Shown: positions 45,085 to 58,003 of the stretch, piece by piece
How the letters are laid out: each line of letters starts with the position of its first letter
How positions within the stretch are numbered: the stretch's first letter is position 1
The notes under the pieces: model-generated
Database searches by the model: none
What the model saw: the letters and a program-made list of their open reading frames with translations, nothing else
Told to the model about the DNA's origin: nothing
Assembly (NCBI GenBank): GCA_051942205.1
Contig: JAVECO010000099.1
Span: 1 to 64,000, forward strand
Length of the DNA stretch: 64,000 nucleotides
Origin: Coniocarpon cinnabarinum
Taxonomy: Eukaryota
Reading direction: 5' to 3'
Translations under genes and position numbers: made by a program

Positions 45085-46152
45085 TCAGACCGTAGCAGAA
45101 TAAAAGCTTGTTGCACATCCTGCGCCAACACACTCACAAGGTGTTGAGTCAAGGTCGTTGATATACTTCTGACTGGCATCTCTGCCGCAGTTACCGTGTT
45201 CGCCCCAGCCCCACGCAAGCACCCGTCCATCTTTTGTTCTTGCCACTGTGTGCTCACTACCAGCTGCAATTTGCTCAATAGACTGCACAGTTGCTGGTGC
45301 TACCTGGCCTTGGTCATTGCGGCCCCAAGCTAACAGTCGCCCATCTCCAAATAGCACGCACACGCTGGACCAGCTGGCCTCGACCTGTTTCCATCCTTGC
45401 AGTGACGAGGGGGCATTCGATCTCACGCCATACTTATCGGAACCAAGAACGACATATGAGCCATCTTGGGGCGCCGCTGCAACGATAGTGAATTCTCTGC
45501 CACAAGCTACGCGCACAGCTTTGAAGGGAACACCTTGAATTTCCCGTGGTGTCCAGACAGAGCTGGTCGGGTCGCCGAGTTGGCCCTTCCTCCCACCACC
45601 CCATCCCCAGGCACTGCCATTGCTCAGTACAGCAACAGTATGGCTCATGCAGCTCGCCAAGTCAGTCACCTTCAGTCCAGTAGGTGGAAAGTCTGACAGC
45701 CTGCCAGGCCCTTGCAGCTGCTTGGTTACATGCTCGCCTAACCCTAGCTCACCTTTGTTTCCCTTACCACATATCCATATTACATCACCATTGGTACTCA
45801 CGACTACACTTGCCTCCCATGTTGCGCTCACGAATGCAAATCGATCTATCATGTTGCTGTGCTCATCGTTGAAGACGATTGGCTGCCAGACTAAGTTCCT
45901 GTTCGTGTGGTCGAGTGGATCATGCTGCGCAGGCATCCCAGCACGGCCATCTGATACGGCGCCTGCTGCGTATGCAGCGCCATCGTTTGCGAGCAAGAGT
46001 GTGTGATTCCCGCCACCCCTGATGGCTTTGATACCAGATGAGATAGCAAATTCATCGATCAAGCACGGCGTAGGGACCGCAAGGTCTTCTTGATGACCAA
46101 CGCCCAACTGGCTCGATCCATTTGACCCAAAAGCGTATAGTGTCCTTGTCAT
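45085..46152 (-). CDS. ATS1: RCC1-repeat protein Ats1/Kti13 (alpha-tubulin suppressor, Elongator/diphthamide cofactor)
   Basis: LYAFGSNGSSQLGVGH, GGGNHT, GKGNKGELGLG, WGRNDQGQ, AAGSEH, WGWGEHGNCG, VGAGCATSF. Confidence 0.85.
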   Translation of the reverse strand: MTRTLYAFGSNGSSQLGVGHQEDLAVPTPCLIDEFAISSGIKAIRGGGNHTLLLANDGAAYAAGAVSDGRAGMPAQHDPLDHTNRNLVWQPIVFNDEHSNMIDRFAFVSATWEASVVVSTNGDVIWICGKGNKGELGLGEHVTKQLQGPGRLSDFPPTGLKVTDLASCMSHTVAVLSNGSAWGWGGGRKGQLGDPTSSVWTPREIQGVPFKAVRVACGREFTIVAAAPQDGSYVVLGSDKYGVRSNAPSSLQGWKQVEASWSSVCVLFGDGRLLAWGRNDQGQVAPATVQSIEQIAAGSEHTVARTKDGRVLAWGWGEHGNCGRDASQKYINDLDSTPCECVGAGCATSFYSATV

Positions 46153-46404
46153 AACGTCGGCCTGGCATGCATGCTTGCGATCGACGGAGTTTGAAACTCT
46201 GGAGTCTACACGAGCAGTCATTCAGGAGAAAGGATGGAGCGGGACATGGTTTTTCCGTCTATATCAGATTCTAGGGCTTGCAAGACCTATCCGCAGCACG
46301 GACCACGCTGGAAACGCCAAGAGCAAGAAGTATGCACTACCGCCCGTGAAGAGTTGACGGTAGTCGCAATAGCTCTGCGCCTTTCCTCAGCAACACATTC
46401 CGCC

Positions 46405-47161
46405 ATGTCGTCGACAACGCAAAGCGTACAGTGCTTCGGGTATGTCTACACTTCAAGCTACAAATCCCACCAGTGGCACCTCGATCCTCTTTTTAAAGAG
46501 CAGCGAGACTGACCAGCTCTTAGCAAGAAGAAAACCGCAACAGCAGTCGCCCTGTGCAAAGTACGTCTCCTTGGACTATCTTTCAATCCACACTTGACCA
46601 TATACCACGCCAATCTCCGTTCATGAAAGGACAGAAGACTGACAAAGCTGGCGCAACAGCAAGGCAAAGGCCTCGTCAAAGTCAATGGCCGCCCCCTCTC
46701 GCTCGCCGAACCCGCCGCCCTCCGCTTCAAAGTCTACGAACCCGTCCTCATCATCGGCGTCGATAAGTTCGCAGGTGTCGACATTCGGGTGCGCGTGAGC
46801 GGTGGTGGGCATGTCAGTCAGATTTATGCGATTCGACAGGCGATTGCCAAGAGCATTGTATGTGATTTGACACTTTCCCTTCTTCATTACTCGAGCGCAG
46901 CATGAGATACACGGGCAAGTTTCAGGGTGGGCTTGTCAATGAATGCAGAGGATGAATGGATGAGTCGGAGAAGCAACAGCGCTGACAGGGAAGCAGGTCG
47001 CATACTACCAGAAATACGTGGATGAATACGCAAAGAACCAGCTCAAGAACGCGTATACGCAATATGACCGTACGCTGCTAGTCGCCGATAACCGACGGTG
47101 TGAGCCGAAGAAGTTTGGAGGTCCCGGAGCGCGTGCGAGATACCAGAAGAGTTATCGTTGA
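46405..47161 (+). CDS. RPS16: 40S ribosomal protein S16 (uS9); 4 exons
   Basis: [37 protein letters not shown]...[29 protein letters not shown]...[19 protein letters not shown]. Confidence 0.97.
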
Positions 47162-47619
47162 GCTGGTGGTGGTGGTGGTGTGTTCGTGGTGGCGATGGTG
47201 GTGGCGATGTGTTTGTGATGACCTTCAAGCGCGTAAAAGAGGGTGATTCGGGGCGTGCCATTAGCGTAATGGTCGTCTTGCATAGCGCGGCGAGAGTAGA
47301 TAGAATGGCGATGTTGTGGCGAGGGCGTTGTCAAGCCTTAAGAAAGGAAGAAATCGAATCACATCTATGCAGCGCCAAGCTGGGTCTTTCACGGCCCAAC
47401 GCCATGGGTTGACCACTTGCACAGGCGTTCTTCGATCCAAGAGAATCAATCTAAATGGGCGCGAAGAGTAATGTGAAACATGCGAAACCGCTACACGAGT
47501 TGCGCTAAGCAGCTTAAATCAAGTCGATGTTATTTGACTACTCATACTATAGTAACCGGTTGAGCATCTTGAACACCGTCCATGCTTCAATGCACACTTC
47601 GAACAGCCTATTCGTCTTC

Positions 47620-50245
47620 CTAAGTCCGAATAGCATTGCCCAACACACCACCCGTAAACCCACCCCTCCCACCTCTACCCAGCCGCAACGCACCACCACG
47701 TCCCCGCTGACCCCCACGACCACCCCTCGCTTGTCCGCGATCGCGCTCAAACGCGTTTGCAGTTCCCTGCGTCCTCTGCTCCAATGTCTTCTCATTCGTC
47801 TCAATCAATCCGCTCGCCTTGTCACTCAGCGTCAACGCTAGACTCTGTAGTCGGCTCAACTCCACGCCCTTGCGGAAGACAATCTGCTGTCCCACTTGGT
47901 CAAGTGCCGCGGCCAGCTCTTCATGGCTGATCATGCGGCTGACGACGGCTGTGACGCGGCGCTCTTCCATGCTGAACATGTTTGCTAGGGTTGCGATGCC
48001 GAGTGTGTCATAGAATGGGGCGTATGTGAAGAGATATGTCCGGAGGCCCTCCTCTTGGATCTGCTCTTGAAGCATGCTTTTGATCTTCTCGGGCTCTTTC
48101 ATCAAGTCCCAGATCTTGATAGCGCCGATGTAATCGGCTGCTTTTTGCCACTCGCCAGCTGCTAGCGCCTTCGAGGCTTGCATGACATGATCGCGTGTAT
48201 TTTCAGGTGGACCGGTAAAGATCTGTCGCTCGTGATACTCTAGCATACGGCGGTATGTCTTGCTGATGACCCGTTTGCGAATGTCAGGCGAGGAGCCTGT
48301 TTGTGCGAGAAGAGGAATCTCCAAAAGCATACTGCAGGTGAGGTAGACGCACTCGAGGAGTTCGAGATTGATGTGCATGTGAAAGGGAAGTTGGCGTTGG
48401 CGTTCGAGACGTTCCTGCTCGGGCGTTACCTGGGAGTACCGTGTCATTTGTACGCCCTGAGCGAGGAGTTCTTTTTGTCGACCTGAACCACAGATCTCCT
48501 GCAGAGAGTTCTGCGCCTCGTACGTGAGACCTGTGCGGAAAGCGCACAGACCGACTTGTACAAGCGTTCGGTTGAAGAGAATCTGAGTGTTGACATCGAA
48601 GTTGTTGATGGTTTCTTGTAGATGCGACATGAGCATCATGTCGCGAGCACGATAGTAATGGTCATGTAGGGCAAGGAAGTAAATTTGGCAGAGCATGGCA
48701 CGCGCCTTGATTATGCCGTCACTATGCTCGTAGAGATAATTGCAGAGCGTCCTAACCAGGTCACCGACATCTTTGCTGCCATTGCGAGGCGTGAAGCTGA
48801 CATCTTTTGACTCGGGAATGCTGCTCCATGCTTGTTCTTCCAAAATTGTGACGACCTGAGACGGCTTGAAGTATATGTGCTCCAGTCGGCGCATCACAAC
48901 GCGGTTAAGATGGTCTTGGGCCGCTTCGGGTGAAATAGTCTTATGCAGCTGCTCTGCATAGATGAGTGTTCGGACAATGTTTGCGTAAAGCGAGGTTTCA
49001 TCGCTTAACCGCTCAATGTATTCGGCTGTGTGCGGATCGATATGTTGCAGCGATCTAATCAGCTCATCATCCAGCCGCTCAACAAACGATGTGATGCTAC
49101 CAGGGACTTGGAAGGTCTTGTCCGCTTCAATGATTGGCTGCTTCTCGTCGTCTTCCCATTCTTCAGCGGATTCAACGACGACGATGTTGGTGTTTTCTAG
49201 AAGCTCCAACAGCTTTTTGAATTCAGCATCGGCGAGCTTCCATTGCTCCTGTGACATGTAGTTGCCCGTGCCCGACGTGAGGTCGAACCGCGTCGAAATA
49301 AGTGACAAAAGCACGCGCAGTTTCTGGTAGTCTGTGACGGCGACGTCGAGGAGCTTCTCCAGAATGCGGATCTGCTCCAATCGATCAGTGTTCTTGCGGC
49401 CTCTTGACTCTACGATCGTTCGCAGATGCTTCAGGATGCTCTCAGCTGTATATTTCATGACTCTGCCATCTCGACCGACACCCTCCCAGCCTCCGCCATC
49501 TGCTCCCTCGATGGCTTCGCCGTCGGCGAATGTCTCTCGAGGTGTTCTTTGTTTCTTCTGTGTCGGCGCGACCTCGATCACTTCTTCGGCCATGAACTCT
49601 TCTGGATCTTTCCGATAGGCATCAATGTCGGTCTGGTAGTCTTTGTTGATCTTGCGAATCTTTTGTCGGACGGCGTTCAGGCCCTTAGCTGAGAGTGCAT
49701 TCAGCTTTTTCTCGGTCTTTTGCTTCTCGTGAGCTTCGACCATCTGGGTTTCGAGGTTCGCAACGGTCTTGATGTAGACCTTTGGAGCCTTTCCGTCATT
49801 GTTCTTAAGGATAGTGGGTAGTTGACGGTTGAGCTTGTCGTATTCTATGATTTGAGGTCAGTAATTGACTCTCTGGCAATGGAAGGGCCAGCCTACCCGA
49901 AGAGATGACGTTCCAGTCATTGATCTTTTCCGCATTTTCGATGAGTCTAACGGTGCCTTCTAGTTCTTCGAAGCGCTTGTCTTTTGCACTTTTTACGACG
50001 GTAGGTTTATCTTCCTCCTCGCTAGACTCGTCCTCACTATCGCTCACAAGGAAACGATTTGGGCCCGCGGCCACGTCGTCATCACTGCTACTCTCTTCAC
50101 TCTCGTCGTCGTCGTCGTCGTCCTCGCTACTTTCTTCCTCAGACTCCTCCGCTTTCTCTGACTTGCCTTCGTCGCTGTAGAGTTCCTGCTCGTCCTCGGA
50201 GCTCTCCTCGCTAGAGCTGTCACCGCCACGAAAGAATCGAGACAT
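47620..50245 (-). CDS. NIP1: Translation initiation factor eIF3 subunit c; 2 exons
   Basis: MSRFF start with acidic tract, [38 protein letters not shown]-domain C-terminus and RGG tail; intron near 49846-49896. Confidence 0.97.
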
Positions 50246-51895
50246 TTTCGACTACAGTTTGATGGACCGCACTGGATTTTAGTACTGAAGCAAATGTGCG
50301 GAACAAAATGTGGTCTCAGCAGGATAGGCACAGAGAATCAAGTGCGGCGAAATTCGTGGAGCACCAGGTGGCCCGTGCAAGATGCTCCAGTCACGTGACA
50401 GTATTCTCTGCAATATGACTGAGCAATCCTGCATTTTTGCTTACACGCAGCGCACGCCGAGAGTTTTCGTTCTCCGAGATGATAAACGAGTGCGATGCGT
50501 GACAAAATGCGGCGTGCTGCAAAAGAGCAACAAGATAGTGTGACGTGCAACTTGAATATGACTGCGCGGTTGATAGCAATGTCGAAACACAGTATTTTCG
50601 TGGTGATGAGCACACTGATGTAGATGGTGCACCTTGTCAAGCGCTACTCATTCGCCCTTCTCACAACACATAAATTGCAGCTGCATCAGCGCACCGCTCG
50701 ATCACAGCAAAACGAGCACGGCATACAACACTAATGAGACAGCCAGGCGAAATTCGCTCACAGTGGTCCGTCAATTCACTGGCTAAGGAGGCTGCTATAC
50801 CACGCAGCTCTGTAACAGTAGATTTCGCGGTGAACCCTTGCACACTGGAGCAGCAGAATCAAGAGCATTCAAATAGCATTCAGAATCGCAGGGGCTTATG
50901 TAGCACTGGAACCCTTATGTTCTCTGCGAAGAAGTCATAGCGTGACATAGCGTCCATGAGGATACAACGTGCATTGTGACCCTTTCACATAAGTCTCATC
51001 GCCTTCGTGGAGTCGCCAATTCATATTGGTCATTGTTCTTCGAAAGTCACTTGGTCGTTCTTTGCGCATCCCTCTTCAACGAGCTGTCCACCCGATGAAC
51101 TAATTGACGTGGTGCTACCGTCAACCAAATGTTAATTGGACTACTAGGACTGGAGGTCCGCGGAGGTCCTGAAGACTGCGCATGATTTTTAATCGATGTT
51201 GGCACATTTTCAATCCGTCGCCAGTTCTGACGAGTCGAGTGAATCCGCGGAGAACGCTTCCCAAGGCGCCAGTAGATTCTATACGCAATATACCGCCAGA
51301 ATGAGACGAAGTGGATGGATATCACATAGATTAGAAGCAGCAGTGCGGTTACCGTCTACTAGAAGCTGCACCGGTGAAGTCTGAAAGCGCGCCAACCCCT
51401 TTTCATTTTTCTCCTTGGTCTGCTCAAAGAGGCTTGCAATGCGATAGTGGTAGCGTCAAACAGAGATTGCATACTCAGAACATGTCTGCTTGACTCCGGA
51501 ATTGGTGAAACATTGCCGGCAAATAACACACACGGCTATATACGCATTAGACATGACCAGAGACAGCCGTCGCTTGAGTGTTGCAGTTGAAGAGGCATTC
51601 GGACCTTCTCGCAGGAAGTTCGGGATCACCATGCCACGAAGAGCTACCCAGGCATGCAGCAAGACCGAAGACCGACTGGGGCGATCGCTTTGTGAAGGAG
51701 TTTGTGAGCTGTCAAAAGAAGCAAGCCAAAGTACCTTATGACGCAGTGAATCCGTCTCGAGTAGCAAACGTTCGAGAAGGATGCAGTCCCGTTACGTTTG
51801 TGGGCCACGAAGTCCGTTTGCTACCTGAGCTGTAGCTGCTGCCTTCTCTTCCGTGCATTTTTAATCAATGGCAATGTGCCAGACCTCCACCCAAA

Positions 51896-52756
51896 ATGAA
51901 CGCGGATCTCGAAGAGGAGATTGGCTCAATCAATGCAATATATGGCACAGAAGTTTTGACCAGGCTGACCGACTCTACAATTATTCTTGACGTGCCAGAT
52001 GCGCCAGTCAAATTGCGTGTAAACGTGCCCTCTACGTATCCTCTCACAAGTCCCATTATCGATAGGCCCGAGACTTCTGGCACAGATCTAAAGCGGGGCC
52101 AAGCATCCGCATTCGCTCACAAATCGCATAAAATATTGACATCAACGTTTCGTGCTGGTGAACCATGCATGTTTACTTTCATCGACGAGCTGAAAGATGT
52201 ATTGTCAGCAGAAGCTGAGACTAACGCACATCACACAAATGCTCACTGCGCCACCGAGGTTGAGACAGCAGACAAACAGCAAGAATCTGTTTATGCAGCG
52301 CAACACGCTATTGAAAGCGAAGCCTCTGGGCCCGCTTGGACTATCTCGGAGGTAGTGACGGAGAAGAAGTCCGTCTTCATTGCCCGAGCGGCTTATGTGC
52401 TGAAGCCTTCAGAAGCCAAAACAAATGTGCAGCATTTGCTATCTCACGACAAAAGAGCGGCCAAGGCTACGCACAACATAACAGCCTGGAGGATGAAAGA
52501 CGATGAGACAGGGGTCGTGTACCGGGATTGCGATGACGATGGTGAAGACGCGGCAGGTTCGCGCCTGCTCCACCTTTTGGAGCTGATGGATGTTTGGAAC
52601 GTGATGCTGGTGGTGTCGCGCTGGTATGGCGGCATTCATCTTGGACCTGATAGATTTCGGATCATCAATTCCGTTGCCCGAGATGCCATTCTTCAGGCAA
52701 GGCTGGTCGGCGAGTCTACTCAGAGGGAAAATTCTTGTGTGACAAAGAAGAGGTGA
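51896..52756 (+). CDS. YIH1: IMPACT family protein (RWD + UPF0029), Gcn2-pathway regulator
   Basis: EEEIGSINAIYG and YPLTSP (RWD); EKKSVFIA, ATHNITAWR, DCDDDGEDAAGSRLL, VVSRWYGGIHLGPDRF. Confidence 0.93.
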   Translation: MNADLEEEIGSINAIYGTEVLTRLTDSTIILDVPDAPVKLRVNVPSTYPLTSPIIDRPETSGTDLKRGQASAFAHKSHKILTSTFRAGEPCMFTFIDELKDVLSAEAETNAHHTNAHCATEVETADKQQESVYAAQHAIESEASGPAWTISEVVTEKKSVFIARAAYVLKPSEAKTNVQHLLSHDKRAAKATHNITAWRMKDDETGVVYRDCDDDGEDAAGSRLLHLLELMDVWNVMLVVSRWYGGIHLGPDRFRIINSVARDAILQARLVGESTQRENSCVTKKR

Positions 52757-53304
52757 TTTGCTGTATGCGGCGGATGTTGGGTATCCTGCAAACGTCCGTC
52801 ATCGCTCGACCTTCGGCAATGCGGATCCTCAAAGGCCCAAAGGGTGCTTGTAGATGGGTATATGCGAGGACCGGGGTATGATGTGGCAGGTCGTGAAAGC
52901 AGAAACAGTGATGCCCAATATTAAGGACATTTGGGCGAGACGATCTCCCTAGCTAAGCAAGTCTCGTGCAGCTGGCGATGGGCCAATCACATGCCGCATC
53001 CCAAGCGTCGTATTAGACCTACCTCTCCAGAGTACCTTGTCGACACAACCGCCCAGAGCGCTGCACTCGCTTCCTGTTTCCTCGACCCGCCGCCCTCCAC
53101 ACCTTCGCCGCTGTCCCTCGCCCTCGCTGCGCGCCCTCCAGCGAGCCTCTAGCCCATTCACGGGGCCTTTTGTGCCCGCGGGGCGCCAGTCTCCCTCCCA
53201 TCGTTCCTCGCGCCCGAAGCTGCTGCTCCTCCGTCTTCGCCCGCGGCCCTGACCATTGCTCTAGCTCCACCGCGCACTGCACAGCGCTCCGACCAGTATA
53301 GATC

Positions 53305-55943
53305 ATGGCGCACGCCGGCGACAACGAGGGCGACTTGCCCATGCAAGACGCCGACCTGGATCCATACAACAGGCAAAAGTATGAGGACATGGCCAGAGAC
53401 TACCCCGTGCGGCCTCACCACCGTCATCGAGGCTCCGCGCATTTGGCTTCTCAAGAAGAGACCTCCACCGCTGCACGCAGATACTCTCCCATGAAGCTCT
53501 CTCCTCCAGTGCCCTACAGCCCTTACACCCCAAACAATGCCGCTCAACAAGGAACCTCGTCACCCACCAGACCTCCACTCTATTCCTCCAACTCTCAGCC
53601 GCACTACTCTACTCCACGTTAGTACCCCAATTACTTTCGCGTCAGTCGGCGCATATGGCACCTTGCGCCTCTCTGAAAGAACTCAACTGATCCTTCGTCG
53701 TTTTCTCATGATTGGCTCTTTGATTGCAATAGCTGACAATGGAGCTCTCAGAGAACTACCGCGCCACCACATCACATCTGCCCCCACTTGAGCCCCCGAT
53801 CAGCCCGCAAAATTACAGCCATTCTCGAACCTCGAGTCAGATGCAGACGCCCTTCAACCAGGATCACCTCCTGCCCGCGACTGCTCCAATGCCGCAAATA
53901 TCTACTGTCCCTCCTCACTTCACAAGATGCTCAACCACTGCAGAGCTACAGCCTAAGGTCAATGCGCAACCACCGTTCCGTCGAGCCAACCCTGAGGGGG
54001 GCTTCCTGAGTCCATTGCAAGCACTGACGACCCATCTACCGGCCACATATCGAATATGTAATCCAAATTTCAAGTACGAGTCATCGCGAAATCCACGAAG
54101 AGTCCTTACGAAACCGAGCAAAGGCAGCAAGAACGACGGATACGATAACGAAGACAGTGATTACATATTGTATGTCAATGATATCCTGGGTACGGACGAG
54201 AAGCGCCACAAAAACCGATACCTCATTCTGGATGTGCTTGGTCAGGGCACTTTCGGTCAGGTCGTAAAATGTCAAAATCTCCGCACACAAGAAGTGGTTG
54301 CCGTCAAAGTGGTCAAGAACCGGACTGCTTACTTCAATCAAAGCATGATGGAAGTGTCGGTACTAGAACTACTGAACAGCAAGCTAGACAAGAACGACGA
54401 TCACCATTTACTGCGATTAAAGGATACTTTCATCCATCGACAGCATCTATGTCTTGTCTTTGAGCTTCTCAGCGTCAATCTGTACGAGCTGATCAAGCAG
54501 AATCAGTTTCGAGGCCTGAGTACGACGCTGGTTCGTGTATTCGCATCACAGCTGCTCAATGCACTGTCACTTCTAAACAAAGCGCGTATAATACATTGCG
54601 ATCTCAAGCCCGAGAACATACTGCTGAAGAACCTGGAGAGCCCCATCATCAAAATCATCGACTTTGGTTCTGCGTGCGACGAGCGGCAAACTGTCTACAC
54701 GTATATCCAGTCGAGGTTCTACAGATCACCTGAGGTGCTGCTTGGTCTACCATATTCGGCTGCGATCGACATGTGGTCACTGGGCTGTATCGTTGTAGAA
54801 TTGTTCCTCGGTCTACCTTTATTTCCCGGCTCGTCCGAGTATAATCAGGTATCTCGCATCACAGAAATGTTGGGCCAACCACCAACTTGGATGCTGGAGG
54901 TTGGCAAGCAATCAGGTGAATTCTTCGAGAAGAGTCACGATGAGTTTGGCCGCCGCTGCTACCGACTCAAAAGTATGGACCAGTACTCGAGGGAGCATAA
55001 CACAAAAGAGCAGCCCAGCAAAAAGTATTTCAATGCCACCACTTTGACCGAAATCATCAAAACCTACCCCTTACCGAGAAAGAACATGAAGCAGACAGAG
55101 ATCGACAAAGGTAAGTCACTAGTACTCGTCAAGTTCACAGTCTGTGGCTAATGATTATCTACAGAGATGGCAAACCGTACCGCTTTCATCGACTTTGTGC
55201 ATGGTCTGCTACATCTAAACCCACTTGAGCGATGGACTCCGCAGCAGGCAAAGGCGCATCCTTTTATCACCCAAGTTAAATTCTCAAATCCGTTCGTGCC
55301 GCCCATGAACATGAAATCATCAAGCAGATCACCAGCCCCAGGCGTCCAACAACAACAGCAAGCTGAGGCGGTCAGCAAGCAAAGACACCAAGCTCAACAA
55401 GCGGCACAATTTCAAGCACAAAATGCAGCTGCAATCAATGCGATGCAGATGCAGCAATACCAGCAAAGTCCGCAAATGCCAATACAATCACCTGCTGTGT
55501 ATGCGGGCATGTACGGACAGCCTCAAGGCGCCCCGCCTCCATATCCTGCGCAGTCTGCTGGAGCATACAATCAGCCAATGAACATGATGCCAGCTCAGCA
55601 AATGCATGGCGCATATCCGACGCAAGCACCACTTCACGCACAGGCTACTGCTCGAGCGAACAGACAGCGTGCAACGACAATGGACCAGCAGGGTGGTGGG
55701 ATCCCTCCGGCTTTGCAGCGCGTTGTTAGCCACCTCGATCCTAACCATCCTATTCGATTACAGCCGAGTCCTGCTTACTATCCACCTCCCGACATTGGAC
55801 CTCCTGACGCCACGCCTGTTGGTTCTGCACGGCGAAATCCTCGACAACGTGGTCAGAGCCGGACAAACCCAGGTTTGGTTCGGAATTTGGAGGACCGTTC
55901 CATTGAGGAAGGATACATGATGGGCAACCAGGGCTGGCATTAG
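53305..55943 (+). CDS. YAK1: DYRK-family Ser/Thr kinase Yak1; 3 exons
   Basis: NPRRVLTKPS, GYDNEDSDYIL, LGQGTFGQVVKC, HCDLKPENILL, YTYIQSRFYRSPE; introns 53618-53751 and about 55111-55164; Gln-rich tail. Confidence 0.95.
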
Positions 55944-56936
55944 TCAACGACCGTTCTGATTTATCAACGCTGTTTGCCCTTCAGACTTTGAAGGCGTAAG
56001 CTCATGGCCGTGAGAGGCCGAGATTGCGTTGTTTCTATATCCTGCAAGCGAGAAACCTAAGTTTTACACAGGCGAGCATCCGCGACTGGATGTCCTAGTC
56101 CTTTCCAGACTTTGTTTGCTCGAGCATGTTGGACGTTACGATCTTGCAGGAAGTCAGCCAATGCGATGGTAGACGTAACAGGGTTTGGCCGGTGCAGCAT
56201 TATCTGATGATGCTGGGACCTCGCGGTCGTTCGATGCCTTGGAGAATCACGCCTCAAATCCAGCCACATCAAGCCTAATCTACCACCATTGTGAGCAGCG
56301 CGATAAGGAATGGAATGAGTGTATCGGGACTGAAAGAGGATATTCATGAAGCGAGATGAGGCACGAAACGCAAGCATGCAACATATTAGCATAGGAGCGA
56401 CAGGAGTTTATGGCATACCCTTGTCGCCTGTGTATATTACTATTCACCACAAGCATCCGGATTATCTCAACAATCTATCCAGTCGCATTTACCGCATCTC
56501 CATAACATTATCTCCAGAAGACCTTTCCTCACGCGCTTTTTCTCTCTCTCTGTGCTCCTTGCTGCGTTCTCATGGTCATGGTCATGGTCGAGGTCTTGTC
56601 TTCGCTGAATTGCTCAATTGTTTCCTGCACAAGCACGTAGACCGTGCATAACACTTTCGCTTTCTTCCCGGTGCTCTTGCCAAATGATACTGGCCTTCGA
56701 CTTCTGTCCCACCCATGAACGATTTTGTCGATTTCTTAATCTGACTACCTTGATTTCTGTCTTCGGCCGTGCTGTTGATCGAAGAAGTACATGCTCGTGA
56801 CCGAGTCGAGCGTGAGACACGCTGGCAAGCCCTAGCGGGCATGCGCCGGTAAGCTTCTCAACATTTTCCGACCTGATGTTAGGCTGAGATCTGGTATCTG
56901 AGATTTCGAGTGGTCTTGGAGGCTCGATTGCCAGGG

Positions 56937-57722
56937 TCAACCTACGCCGGGCTCTCTGATCGAAGCAGGTGTCCAGTACTCCGTCTCATCCGCCTGAGTA
57001 TCCACCCACAGCAGCGAATCTTCAACCAGATCCTCAAGCACCGCCTTCGCTCGAGGCCTCTGCCATCGCAGATTCACTTGCAAAAGCGAGACCGTCACGT
57101 AGCCCAATACCTGCACAGCCTCGAGCACGACCGCCTGATCAGGATTCAGTTCCTTAGGCACCGAGCGAATCATCAGTTTAGCCCCCAGAGACATCTCCGC
57201 AAAGCCAGAGCTCAGTGGCTGCAGTGCCTTGACCGCTTGTCTGACGTCGTCTTCAGAGACTTCCATGCCGCCGCCGATGCCCCGCGCTTTCTGGACACGC
57301 TGAGCGACTTCGCTTACCGCTATAATGCCGCCGTTCTCTGAGCGAGTATTGCGACAGACTTCGACAACTCGCACGGCCAGTTCGAAGTAGAAGTCGTTGA
57401 CGCTCCCGCCTAGCATCTGCGCCCAGAAGCTGCCTGAGTTCTCGGACGAGGTGGGCTTTTTGGTGTTTGAAGAGACGAGGGGATCCACGCCTATCGCGTT
57501 ACACATGCGTGCGAACTCCGCACGAAATTGGGGGTTAGATTTAATGTCTTTTGCATGGGTCTTGCTGAATTGATGAAGGAGTTCCTGAAAGACGGACAGC
57601 TGCGTTTGGAGCGATTGAGTATGGTTTTGACGGAGCTGATTCCCGTGAGATGCATATTGGGCAGATGTGAGTGTATTACGAGAGAACGCGGACAACCCCG
57701 GGGTGCGGCGATCGTTGGCCAT
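56937..57722 (-). CDS. SNF8: ESCRT-II subunit Snf8/Vps22 (EAP30)
   Basis: FRAEFARMCNAIGVDPL, DFYFELAVRVVEVC, NGGII, RSVPKELNPDQ, LLWVDTQ...EYW. Confidence 0.95.
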   Translation of the reverse strand: MANDRRTPGLSAFSRNTLTSAQYASHGNQLRQNHTQSLQTQLSVFQELLHQFSKTHAKDIKSNPQFRAEFARMCNAIGVDPLVSSNTKKPTSSENSGSFWAQMLGGSVNDFYFELAVRVVEVCRNTRSENGGIIAVSEVAQRVQKARGIGGGMEVSEDDVRQAVKALQPLSSGFAEMSLGAKLMIRSVPKELNPDQAVVLEAVQVLGYVTVSLLQVNLRWQRPRAKAVLEDLVEDSLLWVDTQADETEYWTPASIREPGVG

Positions 57723-58003
57723 GGTGTGAAGTGCTTTTATAACGCGCAACAGGTTTTCATGATTCTAAATTCCTTTTCGGCTCTGAACAGAGAGGCATAC
57801 GCCTCGTGGCTTCGACTTCGACAACAGAACTGCACGTGATGCGAAGCTGTAGCAGCCAGTGCCAAGACTTTACACACTAGCGGCGGCTCAACATCGGAAC
57901 GCACACAGGAGAATTTGACTGACACCGGAGCTCTACTTTACCACACACCGTCAATCGCCTTGACGCCATCGCAAGCCCACGCCTTCATCCATCCTCCAGC
58001 AAC

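Noticed and set aside
50300..51850. Short ORFs between NIP1 and YIH1
   Set aside because: No motif, coding bias or splice chain I can support.
56050..56930. Short ORFs between YAK1 and SNF8
   Set aside because: Likely convergent 3' UTRs; no recognisable product.
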